In this document: in pieces, positions 19,047-28,811 of the stretch
How positions within the stretch are numbered: position 1 is the first letter of the stretch
How the letters are laid out: every line of letters begins with the position of its first letter
From: Candidatus Dojkabacteria bacterium
GTDB lineage: Bacteria > Patescibacteriota > Dojkabacteria > JAOAGR01
DNA: 64,000 nt
Assembly: GCA_026415655.1 (NCBI GenBank)
Contig: JAOAGR010000004.1
Span: forward strand, 67,236-131,235
Reading direction: 5' to 3'
Made by a program: the position numbers and the translations under genes
The notes under the pieces: generated by a model
Seen by the model: the letters and a program-made list of their open reading frames with translations, nothing else
Database searches by the model: none
What the model was told of the DNA's origin: nothing

Positions 19047-20486
19047 TTGATGTTTAGATTTTTTATAATTGCGCTTTGTTTATTTATTTCTTTTTTTGTT
19101 AATTTTAGTACTACATATGCTCATTCAATACCATTTGTAGTACATGAGTTCAGTTTTGATTATCAGGAAAAAAAGCTTTTTATAGATTATAAATTAAGGA
19201 TCGATCCTATTATAGTAGATAAGATATTCGAAAAAATCGATTACAATCGTAATGAATTATTAGATCAAGATGATGCACAATTATTCTTTCGCAATGATTT
19301 TTTGTCAAATATTGAAGGTAGTATGAATGACAAGATTTTTTCTTATGAATTTATAGAATCTTTTGAAGTAAAAAATAAAAAAGATCTTAAGTCATTTGAT
19401 GATTATTGGGGATTTAGAATAGAAGTAAAAGATACGTTTTATCAAAATGAAAACTTGATTAAATTTAAGTCAACATTAAGATTTCTTCCTGAAGATGAAT
19501 ATGGTGATTCTTATTATTATGATGATAATTTGTTTGATAATAAACATTTTTCAGTTGTTGTTCTTCAATCAGATTATGAAAATATCGATGTACTAAGCTA
19601 TAAAGTCCGTTTTGCCAAGAAAGATAGTTCACTGACTCAAAATCAAAATAAAAAAGAAAATACAAATACTCAAAATAGTTTCTCAAACATTAATTTATTA
19701 GATATAAAATCATATGCGGAAAGTATAATAAATTATGTTAGAACCATAGACATCACATCACCTTTTGTATTTTTTACCTTCGCAGGACTTTTGATTTTAG
19801 CAGGAGCTTTGCATTCGCTTACTCCCGGACATGGCAAAACATTGATTTCTACCATTTTTATCTCAAGAAAAAATCGCAATTTTATTGATCTCATAATTCT
19901 TGCCTTGAGCTTAACATTTTCACATACTTTGATCGTATTTATCGTTGGTTTATCTGTCTTTTTATTACAAAAGGTTGAGTATCTAAATATGATAGTTAGA
20001 CAATTTGAAATATTAGGTTATGTTTTGTTTATTTTTGTTGGCTTGTATCTTATTTTTCAAGGTTTACAAAATAGAAAACACTATTTATATCACGCAAAAT
20101 CGTGTTATGCAGAAGATAATCATCATGTTAGGCATCAACGTGATAATCATCACCATCACCACTTCAATCTCTCAAGAAATTTTCGTATTAGAAATAGGCG
20201 AGATATCTTGTGGGCAGGATTTGTTGGTGGTATAACGCCTTGTATCAATGCTACTGTAGTGTTTACGTTTTTTCTAATTCAAGGGGAGACATTTTTGGGG
20301 ATTATTAGTATTCTTCTCTACTCTATCGGTATGGCAACAGGTATAATTCTGATAGGAACAACAGTTTTTTATGGATTTAAAAAGCTCAATCTTGAAAGTA
20401 AACTGGGTGATCGGCTTGAATATATTCTTCCTATTTGGGGAGGATTAATCATTGTTTTGCTTGGCTTATATTATATTTTTACCTGA
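19047..20486 (+). CDS. RcnA/NicO-family nickel/cobalt efflux-type membrane protein with a His-rich loop.
   Basis: GALHSLTPGHGKT (compare RcnA GALHGLEPGHSKT), GGITPC (compare RcnA GGLIPCP), and the loop HHVRHQRDNHHHHHF. Confidence 0.6.
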   Translation: MMFRFFIIALCLFISFFVNFSTTYAHSIPFVVHEFSFDYQEKKLFIDYKLRIDPIIVDKIFEKIDYNRNELLDQDDAQLFFRNDFLSNIEGSMNDKIFSYEFIESFEVKNKKDLKSFDDYWGFRIEVKDTFYQNENLIKFKSTLRFLPEDEYGDSYYYDDNLFDNKHFSVVVLQSDYENIDVLSYKVRFAKKDSSLTQNQNKKENTNTQNSFSNINLLDIKSYAESIINYVRTIDITSPFVFFTFAGLLILAGALHSLTPGHGKTLISTIFISRKNRNFIDLIILALSLTFSHTLIVFIVGLSVFLLQKVEYLNMIVRQFEILGYVLFIFVGLYLIFQGLQNRKHYLYHAKSCYAEDNHHVRHQRDNHHHHHFNLSRNFRIRNRRDILWAGFVGGITPCINATVVFTFFLIQGETFLGIISILLYSIGMATGIILIGTTVFYGFKKLNLESKLGDRLEYILPIWGGLIIVLLGLYYIFT

Positions 20487-20559
20487 TTGATTAATTTTTT
20501 TGTCACACAATTTTGAACTATTATTTTATCTAAAATATTTTTGATAAAATCAGATAATT

Positions 20560-21939
20560 ATGGATATCCAAAGTCTAAAAAATAGAGCTAGAGAATTTTT
20601 ATCAAGAATTAATGAGTTAAATCAGAAATATAATGCTATCTTGTATGTATTAGATGAGGAAGCTATTTTTAAACAAATAGATTCTTTGGATACAAAAAAT
20701 AAAAATAGTCCTATTTTTGGAAAATTTTTTACTGTAAAAGATTCCTTTGTAACAATAGATGCACCAACAACGGCAGGTGACAAATATTTAGAGGGTTTTA
20801 TAAGTCCGTATGATGCAACAGTTGTTCAAAGACTTTTAGATGCAGGCGCAATACTTATCGGAAAAACAAACATGGATTCTTGGGGATTTGGTGGGAGTAC
20901 TGAAAACTCTGCTTATGGCCCTACGCGAAATCCTTTTGATGTAGAAAGAGTCGCAGGTGGTTCATCCGGCGGGTCGGCATGTGCTGTGGCTTTAGATTTC
21001 TGTGATTTTTCTATCGGTGAAGATACAGGTGGGTCGATTCGAAATCCTGCAGCTTACTGTGGTATTTATGGTTATAAACCCACTTATGGGATGATATCGA
21101 GATATGGATGTATTGCTTATGCTTCTTCACTTGATACTGTTGGTGTTTTTTCTAAAGATATAAATCTAATGCGTGATGTCATAGGTGTTATCAGAGGTTC
21201 TGATTCAAAAGATATGACGATAGATGAAACTCTATTTGATATAAAATTTGATGTGAAAAAAACTTTTGCGTATTCTGAAGACTTAATACCTGATGGTACG
21301 AATACAGAGTTGAGAAATGAATATTTAAATTTTATAGAGAAATTAAAAACATTAGGCTATAACGCAATAAACGTAAAATTTGATTTTTTTGATATATCTG
21401 TGCCTGTTTATTATATCACTGCAATGTCAGAAGCCAGTACAAATCTTGCACGCTATCACGGTACTAGATATGGTCGTTATTGGCAATCTCTAGTAGAAAA
21501 ATTAGATAAAAATTCTCATTTATCCTGGGAAGATATATTTTTTGATAGTAGAACCGAGGGGTTTGGTGATGAAGCAAAGAGGAGGATTACACTGGGATCA
21601 TATGTTCTTTCTGAGGGGTATTATGATGCTTATTATAAAAAGGCACAGGAAATACGAAACTATATTCGAAGTACATACGAAAAAATATTTCAAGATGCAG
21701 ATTTTGTTTTATCTCCCGTCACCCCAGGTCCAGCACCTAGGATTGGTGAAAAAGTTACGGATCCGGTAGCAGCATACATGGATGATATATACACTGTGAC
21801 TGTAAATCTAGCAGGTCTTCCAGCTATAGCATTTCCCGTAACAAAATATGAAAATGGTCTTCCTATGGGATTACAACTGATTGGTCCTAAAGGTAGTGAT
21901 TTAGAATTGATTAATATTTTATCTAATTTAAATCTATAA
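20560..21939 (+). CDS. gatA: Amidase-signature enzyme, Glu-tRNA(Gln)/Asp-tRNA(Asn) amidotransferase subunit A.
   Basis: GGSSGGSA amidase signature. Long collinear match to GatA: DATVVQRLLDAGAILIGKTNMD...TGGSIRNPAAYCGIYGYKPTYG. Confidence 0.85.
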   Translation: MDIQSLKNRAREFLSRINELNQKYNAILYVLDEEAIFKQIDSLDTKNKNSPIFGKFFTVKDSFVTIDAPTTAGDKYLEGFISPYDATVVQRLLDAGAILIGKTNMDSWGFGGSTENSAYGPTRNPFDVERVAGGSSGGSACAVALDFCDFSIGEDTGGSIRNPAAYCGIYGYKPTYGMISRYGCIAYASSLDTVGVFSKDINLMRDVIGVIRGSDSKDMTIDETLFDIKFDVKKTFAYSEDLIPDGTNTELRNEYLNFIEKLKTLGYNAINVKFDFFDISVPVYYITAMSEASTNLARYHGTRYGRYWQSLVEKLDKNSHLSWEDIFFDSRTEGFGDEAKRRITLGSYVLSEGYYDAYYKKAQEIRNYIRSTYEKIFQDADFVLSPVTPGPAPRIGEKVTDPVAAYMDDIYTVTVNLAGLPAIAFPVTKYENGLPMGLQLIGPKGSDLELINILSNLNL

Positions 21940-21945
21940 TATCTT

Positions 21946-22353
21946 ATGAACTTGTCCAAATTAAGTCAAATATTTAATTCTATAAAAGATGAATTTACTC
22001 AATTTATATCCAGGGGCAACGTCATAGATTTGGCAGTTGGTATCATAATGGGAGCAGAATTTGGTAAAATAGTATCTTCACTTGTTTCCGATATTATCAT
22101 GCCGCCGATTGGTTTTTTATTACAAGGTATAAATTTTGAAAATCTAAAAATATTTTTAGATACAGAACAGAAGGTTTCAATAAATTATGGGAATTTTGTA
22201 CAAAATCTAGTGAGTTTTTTCGTGATTTCTATTTCAGTATTTTTTATGATTAAATTTGTAAACTATTTAGATAATGCTAAAAAAATAGTTATAAAAGATG
22301 AAGAGTTTAATGAATCTATTAAAGCGAAAAATAAATCTGAGCCAGACAAATAA
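21946..22353 (+). CDS. mscL: Large-conductance mechanosensitive channel MscL.
   Basis: RGNVIDLAVGIIMGAEFGKIVSSLVSDIIMPPIG is the MscL TM1 signature. Confidence 0.9.
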   Translation: MNLSKLSQIFNSIKDEFTQFISRGNVIDLAVGIIMGAEFGKIVSSLVSDIIMPPIGFLLQGINFENLKIFLDTEQKVSINYGNFVQNLVSFFVISISVFFMIKFVNYLDNAKKIVIKDEEFNESIKAKNKSEPDK

Positions 22354-22785
22354 AACTAACTTAAGAATAAAATTATTTTTGTAGGGTACAAATTGTTGCA
22401 TTAATAAATTATATTATTTATTGCGTTTATATATTATATTTTTCAATTGAATATCGGCATAAATGAATATTTCGTGAGATTTTGTAATTTTTGATTTATT
22501 CGATCAAAAACACGTGATAACCACTAACTTGAGTGTATAATAAATTGTGTTATAATACTTAACAGCGACTTAGCTGAGTAATATAAAACATTGAAGGATA
22601 AAAACAATAGAATCTTATGTCTAAATTGATTGAAAAATTAAACGATTTAAGAAATATAAAACAAAATGTTAGTTTATATTTCTGGCTATTTAAAACACTT
22701 TATATCAAGGGACTAGGTATTACAGGATATATATTTATTTTATTACAAATATTTAAGATCTATTTTTAACTTACTACAGGGGATA

Positions 22786-24438
22786 ATGTATGGTTGGTTT
22801 TCAGCTCAGGTCATTGAACTAATACTACACGAACAGGATATTAGTTTTCTTGTATGGCCGCTCATTTATATGGTTGTTTTTTATTTCATTAGACATATGG
22901 TAGAAATATGGTATACGTATATTGTAAAAAAAGTTGATTTTTTGTTAGATGAATATTATCAGCATACATTTAATGAAAGAACAGCAATTACATCTCCCGA
23001 CCAGTATGAGGATTCAAAGTTCATACAGATGCGAGAGAAGTTGTTGTACAACAAAGATCTAGTACTGAGAGCTAATTTTCAATTAGTATATTTTATTGGT
23101 GCTTTATTCGGATTTCTATTTTCATTTAATATATTACTTACTCTTCCATCGTATGTTTATATCTTTATATTTATTTCTGTAGCGGCGAATTTATATTATG
23201 AATATAAATTTGATACTCATATTTGGCAGATTTGGGATGCTGAGGGGGAAGAAAAGGTCAAGTATGACATATATAGAAATAAAATACATGGTGTTAGTGT
23301 AAATACAGCTTTATCTAATCTAGTAAATAAAAAATATAAATTGATAATAGAAAGGACATTTGACTTACTAATTAGTTTTAATAGAAAGATTTTGGCTAAC
23401 GATAAACGGGCATTTAGATGGGGAATTTTGGTGGAGATAATTCAGATTTTTACCTATATTGGTACTGTTCTTGTAGTTTTATCTGAGGCCTTGAGGCGTG
23501 GTAGCACTGAATTTTTCTTAACTATATCACCTGTGGCTACAAACATTGAAGGACAGATATTTAATATGTTTTATTATATTAAAGAAATAGCTGCCAAAAA
23601 GAATATTGTTCAATCCTACTACGACTTTTTAAATAACACAGAGACTATAAAAGATACGGGTATCAATGTTTGGGAAAATAATCCCGAAGATAATGTACTA
23701 ATAGAATTTCAGGATGTTTGGTTTAAATATCCGTCATCTAAAAATTGGGTGATAAAAGGTGTTAGTTTTAAGATACATAAAAAATCACAAGTTGCGATCA
23801 TTGGTAAAAACGGTGCTGGTAAAACAACTATAATAAAATTAATTTTGGGACTTTATAAGCCACAGAAAGGAAAAATTATTATAAATGGCGTTGATATTAC
23901 CTCGAATGATATAAGTCTCGTGGACTATTATACAAAAGTCTCTCTTATGGCACAGGGGGAGGCAGCTTGGAATATACCTTTCATTGAAAATATAACCATT
24001 TCTAACTATGAAAATGTTGATGACAATAGAGTGAAATACGCAATAAAAATGGCTGACCTTGATGAGTTTGTCGATAAAAGACTTAAAGGAGATTTAAGTG
24101 TTTGGTTGGATCCTGGAATCGAGGGTGGTACACAGATATCCGGTGGTGAATCACAAAAGATATCTATAGCTAGTCATTTTTATAAAGATGCAGATTTATA
24201 TATCTTTGATGAGCCCACATCAGCTGTAGATGTAGTGTCTGATAAAAAAATAATGAATAATTTTTGGAATCTGATGGAAGATAAAACTGTAATTATTATT
24301 TCTCATAGAATCAAAAAAATAACTGATGCTGATCAGATAATTGTGGTTTACAAAGGAAAAATAGTTGACATTGGAAAACATGAAGAATTGATAGAAAGAT
24401 CGGATGTTTATAGGGAGTTGTATTTATCTGTGGACTAA
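22786..24438 (+). CDS. ABC exporter, fused transmembrane and ATP-binding domains.
   Basis: Walker A GKNGAGKTT, ABC signature LSGGESQKISIA, and Walker B LYIFDEPTSAVD. The N-terminal half is polytopic. Confidence 0.85.
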   Translation: MYGWFSAQVIELILHEQDISFLVWPLIYMVVFYFIRHMVEIWYTYIVKKVDFLLDEYYQHTFNERTAITSPDQYEDSKFIQMREKLLYNKDLVLRANFQLVYFIGALFGFLFSFNILLTLPSYVYIFIFISVAANLYYEYKFDTHIWQIWDAEGEEKVKYDIYRNKIHGVSVNTALSNLVNKKYKLIIERTFDLLISFNRKILANDKRAFRWGILVEIIQIFTYIGTVLVVLSEALRRGSTEFFLTISPVATNIEGQIFNMFYYIKEIAAKKNIVQSYYDFLNNTETIKDTGINVWENNPEDNVLIEFQDVWFKYPSSKNWVIKGVSFKIHKKSQVAIIGKNGAGKTTIIKLILGLYKPQKGKIIINGVDITSNDISLVDYYTKVSLMAQGEAAWNIPFIENITISNYENVDDNRVKYAIKMADLDEFVDKRLKGDLSVWLDPGIEGGTQISGGESQKISIASHFYKDADLYIFDEPTSAVDVVSDKKIMNNFWNLMEDKTVIIISHRIKKITDADQIIVVYKGKIVDIGKHEELIERSDVYRELYLSVD

Positions 24439-24457
24439 TACTTGTATAGAATAAAAT

Positions 24458-24961
24458 TTGGTTGTATATTTCATTGATATGCAAAACAATTCTAAACTTC
24501 AAAGATCATTAATTCTCATAAAACCAGATGGTGTACAGAGAGGTCTTGTGGGCCAGATAATACATAGATTTGAAAGAAAAGGGTTGAAACTCGTAGGATT
24601 GAAAATGATGAAATTAAATGCTGATGATGTCAGAAAACATTATGGCAAATACTCTGATAAACCTTTTTATAAAACTTTAGAAGAATTCATGACTTCATCA
24701 CCTATTGTAGCAATGGTATGGGAAGGTCTTGAGGCAGTTAAGGCTTGCAGACTAATCGCAGGAGAAAGAAGACATGGATTTGAGTCAGAAGCTGGATCTA
24801 TAAGAGGTGATTTTGCTCTTTCTGGTGCAAATAATGTTGTGCATTCGTCTGATACCCCAGAAAATGCAGAGGCTGAGATAAATGCCTTTTTTGATATAAC
24901 AGAGCTCTTTGACTATAGTAAGACCGATTATATGCATCTTTATAGTCCAGATGATTTTTAA
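24458..24961 (+). CDS. ndk: Nucleoside diphosphate kinase.
   Basis: LILIKPDGVQRGLVGQIIHRFERKGLKLVG. The likely true start is the second Met at 24479. Confidence 0.9.
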   Translation: MVVYFIDMQNNSKLQRSLILIKPDGVQRGLVGQIIHRFERKGLKLVGLKMMKLNADDVRKHYGKYSDKPFYKTLEEFMTSSPIVAMVWEGLEAVKACRLIAGERRHGFESEAGSIRGDFALSGANNVVHSSDTPENAEAEINAFFDITELFDYSKTDYMHLYSPDDF

Positions 24962-25239
24962 GTTTATTAAATAAATACATAAAAGTCCTTTCTCAAGAAT
25001 ATTTTCTATTGTTTTAGAATAAAAATTATTTTGTCTTGTTTATTTCACTTTGAGGTATTATGAATTATCGAACTGTAGTTGCCTTAGAATAATAATAAAT
25101 CAGTCAATCAAATCTAATATCAAATATTTATTAATTGGTATTTTTTACATTATTCTATTGATTATTTTTGATAAATAAAGTAAAAATTATCTTGATTAGA
25201 TAATATGAATCAATAATTAAGTTTATTATTTTCTGATTT

Positions 25240-26334
25240 TTACACCATATCCCCACTCTCATCAATAAATGACTTAGCATTATTGGGAGTAATTACTATT
25301 TTTTTAGCTTTACCTAAGACTATTATTTTTGCTATTTTTCTACAGATAGAATAAAGATTTCTTTTGAGCTGCCTGATACCAGAGTCATAACCCAAAGGGC
25401 GTACTATCGTTATCCAAGCATCATCTGTGATCTCCATCATTTCGTTGGTAAGACCTAATTCTTTCATTATTTGAGGTAGTACATAATATTTTCCTATCAT
25501 TACTTTTTCCTCGTCCGTATAAGAATACAATCTGATTACTTCGAGTCTATCTAATAGTGCTGCGGATATTGTACCCAGATTGTTTGCCGTGCAGATAAAA
25601 AATACCGCTGATAGGTCTACTGGATAGTCTATATAATGATCACGGAAAGCCATATTCTGTTCAGGGTCAAGTATCTCTAGAAGTATCGCCATAAAATCAC
25701 TACGAAGTGATGCATTACCTGAGACTTTGTCTATTTCGTCGAGAATAATCACTGGATTCATCGATCCTGCTTTGATAAGTCCTTTTATTATCTGTCCGGG
25801 TTCGCCATCAGGTGACGTTTTTGGTTTTCCTCTGAGTTCTTGTGTTGTGCCTAGTCCTCCCATAGCTATGCGTATGGTTTTTCTACCAAGTGCCTCTCCT
25901 ATAGCTTTGGCAAAGCTAGTTTTTCCTATTCCCTGAAGACCAACAAAACACATAACGGGACCGCGTACTATGTTTGAATGTTCCATTTCCATCTTGAGCT
26001 TCATTGTTGAGATATATTCGAGTACACGATCTTTCACTCGTTCCATCCCATAATTATGTTTGTCCAGAATTTTTTTTACTTCTACTAGATCTAATCTATC
26101 TTCTGTATATTTTCCCCATGGTATTGATGTGACCCAATCTATATACTTTGTGACACTTTCATATTCTGCAGAAAATCCTCCAAACTGTGCGGTTTTTACC
26201 ATGCGGGCTATGCGACGAAGAATTTCTTCCTTTAAATCATCAGGAGTATTAGAGTTGTGTACTTTGTTTATCAAAAAATTAATATCATCCTGTATTTGAA
26301 AACTAAAGCTATTTTGTACTTGTGTATTATTCAT
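25240..26334 (-). CDS. Stand-alone Lon-type AAA+ ATPase module (364 aa) with no LAN domain and no S16 protease domain.
   Basis: Collinear with the Lon AAA+ region: MCFVGLQGIGKTSFAKAIGEALGRKTIRIAMGG, LDEIDKV, ILLEILDPEQNMAFRDHY, and LLDRLEVIRLYSYTDEEK. Confidence 0.7.
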   Translation of the reverse strand: MNNTQVQNSFSFQIQDDINFLINKVHNSNTPDDLKEEILRRIARMVKTAQFGGFSAEYESVTKYIDWVTSIPWGKYTEDRLDLVEVKKILDKHNYGMERVKDRVLEYISTMKLKMEMEHSNIVRGPVMCFVGLQGIGKTSFAKAIGEALGRKTIRIAMGGLGTTQELRGKPKTSPDGEPGQIIKGLIKAGSMNPVIILDEIDKVSGNASLRSDFMAILLEILDPEQNMAFRDHYIDYPVDLSAVFFICTANNLGTISAALLDRLEVIRLYSYTDEEKVMIGKYYVLPQIMKELGLTNEMMEITDDAWITIVRPLGYDSGIRQLKRNLYSICRKIAKIIVLGKAKKIVITPNNAKSFIDESGDMV

Positions 26335-26398
26335 CTTTACAATATTTTATACTAAAATTGTGCTATAAAATAAAGAATGTATAAATATCTGATGCCTT

Positions 26399-27862
26399 AT
26401 GAATAACAATTTTCAAAATGTACAACCTAATATACCGCAAAATTTTGTCTCTCAACAACCTAAAAATGTAAATTTTCCACAACAATATCCTCAAAATATT
26501 CAAATACATCAAAATGTAAGTCAAAATCCCAATAATGATAGTTTCTTTTCAAAATATAAGGTGCCTATTATCGTCATAAGTGTTGTTTTAATAATTTTAA
26601 TAATTGTCTTATTGATATTGTTTCTAATGCCAAGACAACAGCCAGGTCCGCAAATGGTTACCTTGACTGTTTGGACTAGAAAACTAAATGAAAATAAATT
26701 TAAACAAGTTATAGAAAATTTTGAAAAAGAATATCCTAATATAAAAATAAATCTAGAGATTCAACCAGAAACAGAATACAAACAGCGAATTGTTAATCGG
26801 ATCAATAATCGTGTTACTAATATGGCAAATATCGTGGAGATAGATGAGGATTGGCTTTATGAATTTGATCCGTCAACTTTGACCCCATTATCGGATGAAA
26901 ATATAAATAAGAATGTTTCTTTGGCACTCAGAAAGGCAAATACAGCTTATGGTATTCAATTCGCAGTGCCTTTTAGGTTTGATAGCTTACTTTTGGCTTA
27001 TAATGTAGAGGATTTAAAAGATATAGATTTTGATACAGTAGGAGAATTTAAAGAATTTAACTGGGCAAGACTTTTGCAGATATCACCAGAACTTGTTGAG
27101 ACAAAAACTGAGATAGATCAACGTACTCAAAAAGAGATTAAAAAAGTAACCAAGGGAAGTATTGCTATTGGATCACCTATTTACAATAAACGAAGTATTG
27201 ATATCTTAGAAATGCTTTTTATCCAAAATAATGTACTATTTTATGATGAAATCAAGGATGAGTTTTTGTATTCTGATAAAATGTACGATAGTATAAATTT
27301 TTATTTATCCTTTGTATCTGAAGGGGCTTGGGATGATAGATTAGGAAATTATCATGATGCTTTTGGTGAAGGCAATGTCACATTTATTTTAGTAAATGCT
27401 GAAGATATAAGATATCTTGAGAAAAAATATCCGGATTTAGATTTTAATACTACTCTACCTCCTATTATATCTGATGCTAAAAATATTAGTTTAGGTACAA
27501 GCCTAATTGTGCCAAACTACATGCCAAATACAAATGAATCAAAGCTGTTTTTAGAATATTTATTACGTTATGAATCTCAAAAAACATTACTTGATATTGA
27601 TTCAGATAAGCCGTTTTTACCATCATCTACCCGAGTTCTTGATGAAATAGCAGATAATTCTAGATACAATTCTTTTGCTAGTCTTACCAATATCGTTTAT
27701 GGGCGTAGCTATCCACGTACTGAGATGTTTAGAAATGCCTTTAATGCTTATCTGACAGATATTTATTCAAAATATTATTCAAGTAATCTACAACAAAGTA
27801 TTGATAGATTACATACAGTCCAAGGTGTACAAAGAATAATCAATGATTTAAATACAAAATAA
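26399..27862 (+). CDS. Type-II membrane protein: N/Q-rich cytoplasmic N-terminus, one TM helix, and an extracellular solute-binding-protein family 1-like domain.
   Basis: N-terminal MNNNFQNVQPNIPQNF... TM segment VPIIVISVVLIILIIVLLILFLM. After the TM, VTLTVWTRKLNENKFKQVIENFEKEYPNIKINLEIQP follows the SBP_bac_1 pattern. Confidence 0.5.
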   Translation: MNNNFQNVQPNIPQNFVSQQPKNVNFPQQYPQNIQIHQNVSQNPNNDSFFSKYKVPIIVISVVLIILIIVLLILFLMPRQQPGPQMVTLTVWTRKLNENKFKQVIENFEKEYPNIKINLEIQPETEYKQRIVNRINNRVTNMANIVEIDEDWLYEFDPSTLTPLSDENINKNVSLALRKANTAYGIQFAVPFRFDSLLLAYNVEDLKDIDFDTVGEFKEFNWARLLQISPELVETKTEIDQRTQKEIKKVTKGSIAIGSPIYNKRSIDILEMLFIQNNVLFYDEIKDEFLYSDKMYDSINFYLSFVSEGAWDDRLGNYHDAFGEGNVTFILVNAEDIRYLEKKYPDLDFNTTLPPIISDAKNISLGTSLIVPNYMPNTNESKLFLEYLLRYESQKTLLDIDSDKPFLPSSTRVLDEIADNSRYNSFASLTNIVYGRSYPRTEMFRNAFNAYLTDIYSKYYSSNLQQSIDRLHTVQGVQRIINDLNTK

Positions 27863-28806
27863 TGGCTTATTCATCAGAGGTAAAAAAATTAGCTAAAGAT
27901 GTTGAAGAACTTAGAAAAAGATTAATAGAAAGCAAAGTAACAAATCGTAAAGAGTATGTAGAATCAATAGAAGAACTCAAAAGAAAGGTTGAATTTGAAG
28001 ATCCTAGAGAACGGAATCCTATACTCAAAAAATTGCAAAATCCAGATCTAAGTCTAAAAGAACGTGTGGCTATAAAATTTCCAACTTTATATCCATCTGA
28101 ACCATCAGATATCTATTATCAATGGGTTGCTCCATCAAGACTGCCAAACAAAAAAAGTAAGGAATGGTGGATTGCAATGACGCTTTTTGCACTTATCGTA
28201 ATTTTGGTTGCTATTATTATCAAACAGATTATATTTATAGCAGTACTATTTGCATTTTTGTTTTTTACTTATGCTTCCAGTTATACTCCTATCAGAGACC
28301 AAGTATATAAACTTACGAGACAGGGTATAGAGATCGGTGAAGGACCAGATATAGATATCTATGCATGGGATCAGCTTTTAGATTTTGCCTTCTATTATCG
28401 CAATGAAACAGAGTGTATATATATAGATACTATATTTAGTAGTCCTGGGAAAATAATAATACTTTTTAATCAAGAAGATAGAAAAAATATATATATGATT
28501 TTATCTCAGCATTTGCCATATAAGCCCCCTCCGATTGTAAAAGGTATAAATGGCTTTCTCACTCAACTTTTTGATGGAATATACATATCACTTGAAGATT
28601 TCAAGGAGTTACAAAACAAAATAGATGAATATTATAATAAAAAATACGCTTATATCATTGCAAAATTGCAGAAAGAAGGAAAATTATCATCTGATATTAC
28701 TGTTGAGAAGATTCGCATGGCCGAGGATCTTTCTAGGTTAAAATTGATAGAATCTATACAAAAACAAGAAGAAGAGACATTAAAAAGAGTATTAGGGATA
28801 AAATAA
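27862..28806 (+). CDS. Hypothetical membrane protein (coiled-coil N-terminus, two TM helices).
   Basis: 314-aa ORF. Start overlaps the upstream stop (ATGG). Confidence 0.5.
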   Translation: MAYSSEVKKLAKDVEELRKRLIESKVTNRKEYVESIEELKRKVEFEDPRERNPILKKLQNPDLSLKERVAIKFPTLYPSEPSDIYYQWVAPSRLPNKKSKEWWIAMTLFALIVILVAIIIKQIIFIAVLFAFLFFTYASSYTPIRDQVYKLTRQGIEIGEGPDIDIYAWDQLLDFAFYYRNETECIYIDTIFSSPGKIIILFNQEDRKNIYMILSQHLPYKPPPIVKGINGFLTQLFDGIYISLEDFKELQNKIDEYYNKKYAYIIAKLQKEGKLSSDITVEKIRMAEDLSRLKLIESIQKQEEETLKRVLGIK

Positions 28807-28811
28807 AAAAT

